Shown here: one piece after another, positions 48,704 to 58,606 of the stretch
Layout: every line of letters starts with the position of its first letter
Numbering within the stretch: position 1 is the stretch's first letter
Origin: Rebecca billardiae RCC1528
Lineage: Eukaryota; Protista; Haptophyta
DNA length: 64,000 nucleotides
NCBI GenBank assembly: GCA_965240325.2
Contig: OZ251239.1
Location: 1,240,001 to 1,304,000, forward strand
Direction of reading: 5' to 3'
The notes under the pieces: generated by a model
Seen by the model: only the letters and a program-made list of their open reading frames with translations
The model's database searches: none
Told to the model about the DNA's origin: nothing
Made by a program: the position numbers and the translations under genes

Positions 48704-50245
48704 TCAGACCTGCTGCCCCGCTGCGCCGACCGGGAACTGGCGCAGGAACGCCTCCGCGCCGCCCTTCTCGATGCACTCGCGCATCGGCCGGCCGCGCGCG
48801 AGGATGTCCTCCTCGGTGCAGTCCTCTCGGAAGTCGCAGCACAGCCCGTAGCCGTCGACCGAGACAAAGGGCGGGAGGCTGCCCGTGCGCGTGCGCGCGT
48901 TCATGCCAAAGTAGATCGAGCGCCCGACCTGCGAGCCGAACGAGCCGACGAACATGTCCGCGTGCGAGAGCACCTCCAGCTCCGCCGCGAGCGAGAGCGG
49001 CACGTGCTCGTCCAGGTTTTGACGAAACTCGACCCACGGCTTGGGCTTGGCGAGCTGCTCGCGCGGCCAGTCGACCGTCACCCAGTCGAAGGAGGTGGTG
49101 TTCGACACGGCCTCGCGCACGATGGCGGGGTCGTCGGTGGCGAGGTACACGGTCTGCAGCCCGTACCGCTCGCGCAGCATCTCGAGCTCGCGCGCGTACA
49201 CGTCCCACGTGTAGCAGTACCGGAAGAGCCGCTTGCCGCCCCGGATCATCATGTTGCGCGGGCCCTTGGTGCGCTGCTGCGACCCCTCGCACGAGTCGCC
49301 GTGCCGGACCTGCACCGCCGCGCTCGGGCCGGTGCGGCCCGGGCAGCGGGGCGGGATGGTGCCCATCTCGGCGGGCCGGCCGTCCGCGCAGCGCACGCGG
49401 ATGCGCGGGCGGAGGTACTCGAGCAGCGCGTCCGTCGGCCGCGTGAGCGCGCGCATCACCACCCCCATCAGCACGTACTGCAGCGGAGAGTCAGGGCCGA
49501 CCGCGCCGGGCGGCCAGACGGCGGCGGGCGGCCGCGCCGTGGCGGGCGGCGGCGGCTTGGGCGGGAAGCGCTCCCAGAGGCAGAACCAGCCCGCCCGCCG
49601 CCCTGGGCAGATCGTCCCGTTCCGCGTGTAGTGCCAGTCCGGGTCGTCCCGGACCTGCCAGCGCATCTGCGCCGGCAGGCCGGCGACGGCGCGCGCCGGG
49701 TTGGTGAGCGCCGCGTGGTTGGCGACGGCGAACTGGTGGAGCATCTTGCCCACCGTGCACGGGTGCTTGCGGTCGTTGATCACGTAGATGTTCTCCACAC
49801 GCCGCGAGCCGCGGCCGCTCACGTGAAAGTCGTCGGCGTGCGCGCCCGCGAGCGCGGCGTACGTCTCGTCCAGCGCCTGCTGCTGGCAGCGCGCGACGCG
49901 CGCGTCGGCGAACTCGGCGCGCCATCTCGCCGGCTCGGGGAGCTGGCTGAGCATGATGTCGAAGCGCTCGTCGCACTGCTGCCCCACGCGTCCCGGCGGG
50001 CAGCCGCGCAGCCGGAGGAGCGGCACGTCGCGCTCGTCGTCGAGGTCGCACGGGCGCTCGGCGGGAGCGGCCGCGCGCGCGGCCGGGCCGTCGATCGCTC
50101 GCGCGGGGTGCTCCGGCGCGTCCGCCGCGGCGAAGGTGACCACCGCCGTCGTGCGCGCGATCTCGCGCGCCCACACGCGCTGCACGACGAGCCACGCCGT
50201 CACGCACGCGAGCGCCACGAGCATGGCCGCGCTGGTCGAGCGCAT
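48704..50245 (-). CDS. GT23 / alpha-1,6-fucosyltransferase-like (FUT8/NodZ-type) type II membrane glycosyltransferase
   Basis: N-terminal TM (AAMLVALACVTAWLVV); motifs AVQVRHGDSC, VYLATDD and ELEVLSHADMFVGSFGSQVGR. Confidence 0.8.
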   Translation of the reverse strand: MRSTSAAMLVALACVTAWLVVQRVWAREIARTTAVVTFAAADAPEHPARAIDGPAARAAAPAERPCDLDDERDVPLLRLRGCPPGRVGQQCDERFDIMLSQLPEPARWRAEFADARVARCQQQALDETYAALAGAHADDFHVSGRGSRRVENIYVINDRKHPCTVGKMLHQFAVANHAALTNPARAVAGLPAQMRWQVRDDPDWHYTRNGTICPGRRAGWFCLWERFPPKPPPPATARPPAAVWPPGAVGPDSPLQYVLMGVVMRALTRPTDALLEYLRPRIRVRCADGRPAEMGTIPPRCPGRTGPSAAVQVRHGDSCEGSQQRTKGPRNMMIRGGKRLFRYCYTWDVYARELEMLRERYGLQTVYLATDDPAIVREAVSNTTSFDWVTVDWPREQLAKPKPWVEFRQNLDEHVPLSLAAELEVLSHADMFVGSFGSQVGRSIYFGMNARTRTGSLPPFVSVDGYGLCCDFREDCTEEDILARGRPMRECIEKGGAEAFLRQFPVGAAGQQV

Positions 50246-50494
50246 CGTGCCGACGGCGACAGGGAGCGCCGGGCTGCTTCTTGGCGACCAGGTACGGTAG
50301 AGCTGCGCAAAACGACTGTACGTACGACTGTTGATCACTTGATTGTACTCGTCGTTTCAATATAGAGTGTACGTACGATGTTGATCATCAGTGTGCGGCG
50401 TGCGCGATGGCACTGTGTTTCAGAACTTCATGCAGACTCATGCTAGCGCCCCCTCTGCAGCTGGATACATCCACCAGCCTCCTTCAGCATGCAA

Positions 50495-52009
50495 TCATCG
50501 ACGCGACGGCGCTGCAGCTGCTGGCTCGCGCACCCGCGCCTCGAGCTCGCGCAGGTAGTGCAGCGTAGCGTGGTGCTCAGTCTCATCTCGTGTCGCGGGG
50601 CCCTCGCGCACTTCGCCGGCCGGTGGTGCACCCGCGGGCTCGGCACCGCCCTCCATGACCAAGCGCAGCACGCGCAGGTGCGACGGGTCGGCCGCCTGCT
50701 CGACGAGACGCAGCCGTGTGCGCTCACGCACGAGCTCGGCGCGCGTGTGCACGAGCTCGGCGCGCATGCGCTCGGTGGCGGCGCGCTCGGCGGCGAGCTC
50801 GGCGGCAGCATCGGCGTGCCGCGTGCTTGCGGCGGGCTCGACCAGCCGGCCGAGCAGCGGAGCGTCTGCCACATGCTCCTCGCCACCTCCACCGCGTGGC
50901 CCGTCAGCGGGCGGTGCAGTGCCCAGGGCGGGCTGCGTGTGCGCTGCATGCGCCCTGCTCGGCCCCGCGCGCTTGCCCGGCCCATCGCCGCGGCTGCGCA
51001 GGCCGCTGCCGCTCGCGACGTCAGGGCGTCGCGGAGGGCGAGCCTCGGCGCGAGCCGTGGCCCTCGGCTGCTGTGGATGCGACTGCGAGCCAGTGGCTGC
51101 GGCAGCTGCTGGGGTCGGGGTGCCGCCATTGTGCTGCACACGCCGGCGCTTTGTGCTGCCCCCCAGCCGAGGCTCAGGAGCTGCAGCCCGCTTGCACTCG
51201 CGCCACGCGCGCTTGCTGATCATGCCATCCAGCTTGTGCGTAGCGCAGCGACTGAGACGTTTGTCGCCCGGCATGCCAAAGGACGGATGCTTGTCACAGC
51301 CGGCATGCTCACACCTGGGGTTCTTCACGTCCACCATGCCGGCCAGCTTGTGCGTGGCGCAGCGGCTGGCACGTGTGTCACCCGGCATGCCAAAGTACGG
51401 CACCTTGTCACAGCCGGCATGCTCGCACCTGCGGTTGTGCACGTTGACCATGCCAGCCAGCTTGTGCGTGGCGCAGCGGCTGGGGCGTGTGTCGCCCGGC
51501 ATGCCGTAGCCCGGCTGCTTGTCACAGCCGGCATGCTCGCACCTGCGGCTCTTCACGTCCACCATGCCGGCCAGCGTGTGCGTGGCGCAGCGGCTGGCAC
51601 GTGTGTCGCCAGGCATGCCGAAGGACGGCTGCTTGTCACAGCCGGCATGCTCACACCTGGGGTTCTTCACGTCCACCATGCCGGCCAGCTTGTGCGTGGC
51701 GCAGCGGCTGGCACGTGTGTCACCCGGCATGCCAAAGTACGGCACCTTGTCACAGCCGGCATGCTCGCACCTGCGGTTGACCACGTCCACCATGCCGGCC
51801 AGCTTGTGCGTGGCGCAGCGGCTGGGGCGTGTGTCGCCCGGCATGCCGTAGCCCGGCCGCTTGTCACAGCCGGCATGCTCGCACCTGCGGTTGTGCACGT
51901 TGACCATGCCAGCCAGCTTGTGCGTGGCGCAGCGGGTGCGGGTTGTGTCGCCGGGCATGCCGAAGGACGCCTGCTTGTCACAGCCGGCTCGATTGCACGT
52001 GCGGGGCAT
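50495..52009 (-). CDS. EsV-1-7-type repeat protein, paralog 2 (7 repeats, intact)
   Basis: 504-aa intronless ORF: seven 38-aa Cys/His repeats, NLS-like segment and the shared coiled-coil C-terminus. Confidence 0.88.
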   Translation of the reverse strand: MPRTCNRAGCDKQASFGMPGDTTRTRCATHKLAGMVNVHNRRCEHAGCDKRPGYGMPGDTRPSRCATHKLAGMVDVVNRRCEHAGCDKVPYFGMPGDTRASRCATHKLAGMVDVKNPRCEHAGCDKQPSFGMPGDTRASRCATHTLAGMVDVKSRRCEHAGCDKQPGYGMPGDTRPSRCATHKLAGMVNVHNRRCEHAGCDKVPYFGMPGDTRASRCATHKLAGMVDVKNPRCEHAGCDKHPSFGMPGDKRLSRCATHKLDGMISKRAWRECKRAAAPEPRLGGSTKRRRVQHNGGTPTPAAAAATGSQSHPQQPRATARAEARPPRRPDVASGSGLRSRGDGPGKRAGPSRAHAAHTQPALGTAPPADGPRGGGGEEHVADAPLLGRLVEPAASTRHADAAAELAAERAATERMRAELVHTRAELVRERTRLRLVEQAADPSHLRVLRLVMEGGAEPAGAPPAGEVREGPATRDETEHHATLHYLRELEARVREPAAAAPSRR

Positions 52010-52115
52010 CCCCCTGTGTGGACTACGCGAGGAAGGTGGAGTGCCGCAAGGATGATGGTGAAAAATGACTTATCGAGGCGAGGCCGTCGTCATCGTGCGC
52101 CAGCCTGGCCGGAGT

Positions 52116-55100
52116 CAAGGCCGTATGGATTCAATCTTTCATGAAAGATTGAAATGGCCATTGAAAGTTTCAGTATTTTTCATGAAAATTTCATGAAAAG
52201 TGAAAGATTGTGAAGTTTTCACGTCCTGCGCTGCGGGAATTAATTTATTCCCAGCAGTGACTAAAATGATTTTCCGCCCACCATGTCGGCGGCATCGAGC
52301 CGCCTCGGCGGAGCAAGGCCGGGCGCTACGGCGCGTGCGGCGCGTGAGGCGCGCGCACGCACGCGCGTGGCGCGCTCCACCTTGCTTAGCCCCGGCTTTT
52401 GTCCTGCTCCCTGGCTCCCTGCTGCGCGTCTCCGCGCCGCAGACTGACGGCGCCGACTACTACGAGCCGTGATCACACGGCGGCTCGGCGCGTGTGAGCC
52501 TGCTGTATGAGCGAGCTCAGACGACCGAGGTCGAGGCTGACTTCGACCGGCTGCTGCAGGAGAAGCCTCAGCAGGAGCTCGAGGCTGAGAAGGCTGCTGA
52601 GCGCTTGCGGACGCTGACTCTGGACAACCGGGTGATGGATTCTATGGAGCCACTGTCGCCTTGGGGGTGCTCGGTGCTCTCGAGGCCCGAGATGTTGTTG
52701 AATGTTTCGCTGCAGGGTGTATGAAGGGCTGACGGAAGGCATGCCGAGGATAGTAGCATGTTGCGCCAAGGCCGCATGCCGTGACAGTGACGATCCACGC
52801 GCTGTCGGCCAGCACCGCTGGCTTGCCGTGCGCAGCCGCGCCACGCGCGGCCATGCTGGCAAGGAATATATTTTCGGAGAAAATCACGTCATTTTTTATT
52901 CCCGCCGAGCAATCTTTCATGAAAGATTGGAATAAGCCCATTTCACGTAACCAACCTCCAATAGCTGGCGGGTGTCTGAACTACAAACAATTCTGTCCGA
53001 GCCGAGAGGAGTTTGGGGGGAGGGCCGGGGCGGTGAGCCGCGTTGCCAGCCGCTCGGTGGCGCCGCCGCCGAGGTCGTCTCCGCGTCACACATCGACGTG
53101 CGTCGGTGTGATGTGTCTCATCGGGCGTGTGTGAGTACTTGCAGGGGCCCTGCATTCCTTTAAGGCTCGGCATCGCACTCCTCCGAGTGTGCACGCTCGT
53201 CAACGCCGTGCCGTGCGACTGCTGCGCGTGTGGGCTTACACGCCGGCAATGTAGGCGAGACGAGCGGGGCTGAGCGCCAAGAGATGGGCGCTTCCACGCG
53301 GGAGTAGTCTGGTGCGAGGCCCCCGATCCCTCGCGCATCGGCTCGAAGCGCGCCTGGAGCTGAAGTAGCGAGTCTGTCCGCTGCCCACGCGATGGCCACA
53401 CCATCGTCCAAATCGCAGAAACACGTCGTTCTGAGGTGTTTTAGCTCAGCTTGGGATGGGGGAGACAAGACTGTGCAGGAGAGTGCCCAGTGCTTCAGGC
53501 ACGCTTCGAGCCGATGCGCGAGGGATCGGGGGCCTCGCACCAGACTACTCCCGCGTGGAAGCGCCCATCTCTTGGCGCTCAGCCCCGCTCGTCTCGCCTA
53601 CATTGCCGGCGTGTAAGCCCACACGCGCAGCAGTCGCACGGCACGGCGTTGACGAGCGTGCACACTCGGAGGAGTGCGATGCCGAGCCTTAAAGGAATGC
53701 AGGGCCCCTGCAAGTACTCACACACGCCCGATGAGACACATCACACCGACGCACGTCGATGTGTGACGCGGAGACGACCTCGGCGGCGGCGCCACCGAGC
53801 GGCTGGCAACGCGGCTCACCGCCCCGGCCCTCCCCCCAAACTCCTCTCGGCTCGGACAGAATTGTTTGTAGTTCAGACTCCCGCCAGCTATTGGAGGTTG
53901 GTTACGTGAAATGGGCTTATGGCCTTTGAAACTTTCAGTATTTTTCATGAAAATTTCATGAAATGAAAGATTGTGAAATATTTCATCCACATCCATAGTC
54001 AAGGGTAGTAAGGGCAAGGGAGGCTCCCTTGGTAAGGGTGAGCACTCCGCTGGCGACAGCCGCGAAGGTCGGCAGCCCTCTGTTTGCCGCGAGCGGAGCG
54101 GAGCGAGTGCTATCAGCGGCGGAGGGCGCTGAGGCCGCGCACGGCGTGAGGCGCGGCGTCGGCCGAGTCGGTCCGCGGAGGATGCGCGGCGCTCGGCCCG
54201 CTGCGCAGCGGCAGTGCGCCTCACTTTGCCCCGAGCGCCGTCCTCCGCGTCGCCTCCTTCCCGCCTTGGAGCAGCACGCATGTGCGCGCCGGCACCTTGA
54301 AGGCGGCACGGGCTTGCTCAGACGACCGCGCGCGCGTGGCGCGCGACTTGGTCGGCTGCGCGCGCGCGCCGCCGCGGTGCAAGGTAGCGCCGCCGCATGC
54401 GCGCGCCGTGCCAGCGCGAGAGCGTGTGCGCGGACCTGAGTGCGACCTCACACACATGTCGAATGCTGCTTGGCATCCGACTTGCGGACTGACGGGAAGC
54501 TGGAAAAGACAGCGGCGTGAGTGTTGGTACCATCGATGCGGAGCCTTAGCGTCCACTTGCATTCGTGCTGAGAAGGAATAGACAAGACTAGGCCTTCGTC
54601 CTGGGTATCCAATGTCACTCAACACCTCGCTGATCGACCCGACGAGTGCCAGCGTGAGGCACAGCAAATCATTCGTGAGAGCAAGCAGACAAGCGAGCAC
54701 TACGCTCATGAGATGGCCGTGAGCAAAGGCTCGCGCGGGCACGGCGCGCGCATGTGGTGGCGCTACCTTGCACCGCGGCGGCGCGCGCGCGCAGCCGACC
54801 AAGTCGCGCGCCACGCGCGCGCGGTCGTCTGAGCAAGCCCGTGCCGCCTTCAAGGTGGCGGCGCGCACATGCGTGCTGCTCCAAGGCGGGAAGGAGGCGA
54901 CGCGGAGGACGGCGCTCGGGGCAAAGTGAGGCGCACTGCCGCTGCGCAGCGGGCCGAGCGCCGCGCATCCTCCGCGGACCGACTCGGCCGACGCCGCGCC
55001 TCACGCCGTGCGCGGCCTCAGCGCCCTCCGCCGCTGATAGCACTCGCTCCGCTCCGCTCGCGGCAAACAGAGGGCTGCCGACCTCGCGGCTGTCGCCAGC

Positions 55101-55126
55101 GGAGTTGCTCACCCTTACTACCCTTG
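52116..55126. mobile_element. Composite non-autonomous foldback insertion, CAAGG...CCTTG termini, 7-bp TSD CCGGAGT (P/Galileo-like)
   Basis: CCGGAGT|CAAGG at 52109-52120 and CCTTG|CCGGAGT at 55122-55133. Empty site cctggccggagtgccttg at about 57466 and 61836. Contains palindromes 52932-53360/53492-53920 and 54000-54420/54730-55126. Confidence 0.8.
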
Positions 55127-55294
55127 CCGGAGTGCCTTTGCCGGACGCGGGAAGCTGGAAAGCACCTGTCAACGGAAGGGTGTCAGACTTGGATCTCGCA
55201 GCCGGCGAGATCGGCCCGCCCGCGCGAATCTGCTCGGCTGCCGCCTGCCAGCGGTCCGACCGCGGCACCGCGCGCGCTCGCCGCGCGCGAGGGA

Positions 55295-55612
55295 ATGGCG
55301 CTCGGCCGCCCGGCGGCGCGGCCGAAGGATGCGTCGTTCGACGAGGCGTGGACGCTCGTCGACCCCGCGCAGCCCTCCTCCCCGCCGCGCCAGTCCGCCG
55401 CCGCCGACGCCGCCGACGCGGCGGACGCGGACGCGCACAGCCTCGTGCGCTGTCGCATCTGCGAGGTGCTGGTTGACGCCGCGGCGATCCAGTCGCACGC
55501 GCAGCTGTGCGTGCTGGTGTGCGCGCACGCGCAGGAGGCGTGCGCGGTGAACGAGAGGCTGCTCACCGTCGACCGCCGCCTCGCCGCCTCGATCGCGCAG
55601 AGTGCGAGCTAG
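55295..55612 (+). pseudogene. Truncated 5' copy of the AGC kinase gene (105-aa ORF retaining the CRICE..H..C finger)
   Basis: MALGRPAARPKDASFDEAWTLVDP..CRICEVLVDAAAIQSHAQLC..SAS*, nearly identical to the start of the gene at 61979. Confidence 0.8.
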
Positions 55613-55863
55613 CGGGGCCGCTGTGCGGTGTGCCGCTCAGGCGAGACCGCGAGTGCCGGTCCTGCGCGATGTCGAGAGACGAGCTAAGGACGGACCGGGA
55701 TCATCGGACGAGAGTCGTGATGCCACGCGTGACCAAGATGGCGGGCCGCCCGGTGGCGCCATTACCTCATGGCACCACTCTCCCACAGCGGCCGGCCAGC
55801 GTGACATCATAGTATTCCGGATTGCGTCGCGCGATTCCCGATTCAGAGAATCAGTCAATCAGC

Positions 55864-57369
55864 CTACGTCGTCCCGACTGGACGGACGCCGCTGACGCCT
55901 GGCGCACGCACCCGCGCCTCCAGCTCGCGCAGGTACCGCAGCGTGGCATCGCGCTCATCATCAGACCCACCGCGTGTTGTCGCCCCCCCGCGCACGTCGC
56001 CGGCCAGTGGTGCGCCCGCGGGCTCGGCGCCGCCCTCCATGACCAAGCGCAGCACGCGCAGGTGCGACGGGTCGGCCGCCTGCTCGACGAGACGCAGCCG
56101 CATGCGCGCGCGCACGAGCTCGGCGCGCATGCGCTCGGTGGCGGCGCGCTCGGCAGCGAGCTCGGCGGCAGCGTCGGCGTGCCGCGTGTCCGCGGCGGGC
56201 TTATCGACCAGCCGGCCGAGCAGCGGGGCATCTGCCGCATGCCCACGGCCGGCGCTGCTGCCCGGCCCGTCCGCGGGAGGAGGAGTGCTTAGGGCTGGCT
56301 GTGTGTGCGCTGCATGCGCCCTGCTCGGCCCCGCGCGCTTGCCCGGCCCATCGCCGCGGCTGCGCAGGCCGCTGCCGCTCGCGACGTCAGGGCGTCGCGG
56401 AGGGCGAGCCTCGGCGCGAGCCGTGGCCCTCGGCTGCTGTGGATGCGACTGCGAGCCAGCGGCTGCGGCAGCTGCAGTCGTGCCGCTGTTGCGCTGCACG
56501 CGCATGCGCTTTGCGCTGCCGCCCTGCTGAGGCCCAGGAGCTGTAGCCCGCTTCCGCTCGCGCCAGGCGCGCACGCTGATCATGCCGGCCAGCTTGTGCG
56601 TGGCGCATCGACTGAGACGTGTGTCGCCCGGCATGCCGAAGGACGGCACCTTGTCACATCCAGCATGCTCACACCTGCGGCTGTTCACGTCGACCATGCC
56701 AGCCAGCTTGTGCGTGGCACAGCGGCTGGCACGTGTGTCACCAGGCATGCCGCAGGACGGCTGCTTGTCACAGCCGGCATGCTCGCACCTGGGGTGCTTT
56801 ACGTCGACCATGCCGGCCAGCTTGTGCGTGGCGCAGCGGCTGGCACGTGTGTCACCCGGCATGCCAAAGTACGGCTGCTTGTCACAGCCGGCATGCTCGC
56901 ACCTGCGGCTCTTCACGTCGACCATGCCGGCCAGCTTGTGCGTGCCACAGCGGCTAGCACGTTTGCCGCCCGGCATGCCAAAGGACGGCTGCTTGTCACA
57001 GCCGGCATGCTCGCACCTGCGGTTGGTCACGTCCACCATGCCGGCCAGCTTGTGCGTGCCACAGCGGCTAGCACGTTTGCCGCCCGGCATGCCAAAGGAC
57101 GGCTGCTTGTCACAGCCGGCATGCTCGCACCTGCGGTTGGTCACGTCCACCATGCCGGCCAGCTTGTGCGTGCCACAGCGGCTAGCACGTTTGCCGCCCG
57201 GCATGCCAAAGGACGGCTGCTTGTCACAGCCGGCATGCTCGCACCTGCGGTTGGTCACGTCCACCATGCCGGCCAGCTTGTGCGTGCCGCAGCGGCTGGC
57301 ACGTGTGTCGCCGGGCATGCCGAAGGACGGCCGCTTGTCACAGCCGGCTCGATTGCACGTGCGGGGCAT
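55864..57369 (-). CDS. EsV-1-7-type repeat protein, paralog 3 (7 repeats, intact)
   Basis: 501-aa ORF with the same architecture as paralog 2 but different variable residues. Confidence 0.88.
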   Translation of the reverse strand: MPRTCNRAGCDKRPSFGMPGDTRASRCGTHKLAGMVDVTNRRCEHAGCDKQPSFGMPGGKRASRCGTHKLAGMVDVTNRRCEHAGCDKQPSFGMPGGKRASRCGTHKLAGMVDVTNRRCEHAGCDKQPSFGMPGGKRASRCGTHKLAGMVDVKSRRCEHAGCDKQPYFGMPGDTRASRCATHKLAGMVDVKHPRCEHAGCDKQPSCGMPGDTRASRCATHKLAGMVDVNSRRCEHAGCDKVPSFGMPGDTRLSRCATHKLAGMISVRAWRERKRATAPGPQQGGSAKRMRVQRNSGTTAAAAAAGSQSHPQQPRATARAEARPPRRPDVASGSGLRSRGDGPGKRAGPSRAHAAHTQPALSTPPPADGPGSSAGRGHAADAPLLGRLVDKPAADTRHADAAAELAAERAATERMRAELVRARMRLRLVEQAADPSHLRVLRLVMEGGAEPAGAPLAGDVRGGATTRGGSDDERDATLRYLRELEARVRAPGVSGVRPVGTT

Positions 57370-57597
57370 CCCCCCGTGTCGACTACGCGAGGAAGGTGGA
57401 GTGCCGCAAGGATGATGGGGATGACTTATCGAGGCGAGGCCGTCAATCCGTCATCGTGCGCCAAGCCTGGCCGGAGTGCCTTGCCGGACGTGGGAAGCAC
57501 TTCAGACTGGATCTCGCAGCAGGCGAGATCGGCCCGTCCGCGCGAATCTGCTCGGCTGCCAGCGGTCCGACCGCGGCACCGCGCGCGCTCTGAGGGA

Positions 57598-57905
57598 ATG
57601 GCGCTCGGCCGCCCGGCGGCGCGGCCGAAGGAGGCGTCGTTCGACGAGGCATGGACGCTCGTCGACCCCGCGCAGCCCTCGTCCCCGCCGCGCCAGTCCG
57701 CCGCCGCCGCCGCCGCCGACGCGGCGGACGCGGACGCGCACAGCCTCGTGCGCTGTCGCATCACTGCGAGGTGTTGGTCGACGCCGCGGGGATCCAGTCG
57801 CACGCGCAGCTGTGCGTGCCTGTGTGCGCGCACGCGCAGGAGGCGTGCGCGGCGAACGAGCGGCTGCTCGCCGTCGACCGCCACCCCGCCGCCTCGTCCA
57901 CGTAG
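57598..57905 (+). pseudogene. Second truncated, frameshifted 5' copy of the AGC kinase gene
   Basis: Same ATG context; 2-nt insertion in the zinc-finger codons (cgcatcACtgcgag, about 57763); similarity ends at about 57900. Confidence 0.8.
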
Positions 57906-58168
57906 TGCGAGCGGGGCCACTGCGCCGACGCTCACTGGCGAGACCGCGAGTGCAGTCCCCCAGTGTCGATCGGAGAGTGACGACTAAGCCCGCCGGGACT
58001 TACTGGGATTATCATCGACTCACAGAGTCATGATGCCACGCCTGGCCATGGCGGCGGGCCGCCTGATGGCGCTCTTACCTCATGGTACCACTCTCCACCA
58101 GCGGCCGGCCAGCCGACCCGCGTCCGTGCACGGTCCGTGACGTACTCAGTTCATTCAAAACTGCGCCG

Positions 58169-58606
58169 TCATTCCGATAATCGGCCGGTCGTCTCGACCG
58201 GGACGGGCGCCGCTGACGCATGGCTCACGCACCCGCGCCTCCAGCTCGCGCAGGTACCGCAGCGTGGCATCGCGCTCATCATCAGACCCACCGCGTGTTG
58301 AGTCGCCCCCCCGCGCACGTCGCCGGCCCGTGGTGTGCCCGCGGGCTCGGCCGCGCCCTCCGTGACCAAGCGCAGCACGCGCAGGTGTGACGGGTCGGCC
58401 GCCTGCTCGACGAGACGCAGCCGCATGCGCGCGCGCACGAGCTCGGCGCGCATGCGCTCGGTGGCGGCACGCTCGGCGGCGAGCTCAGCGGTAGCGTCGG
58501 CGGGACGCGTGTCCGTCGGGCTCGACCAGCCGGCCGAGCAGCGGAGCATCTGCTCCATGCCCACTGCCGTCGCTGCTGCCCGGCCCGTCCGCGGGCGGAG
58601 CAGTGC
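58169..58606 (-). pseudogene. Decayed C-terminal region of EsV-1-7 paralog 4
   Basis: Homologous to the coiled-coil tail of paralogs 1-3 but downstream of a TAA at 58607-9, with further indels at about 58515 (-2) and 58301 (+2). Confidence 0.75.
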
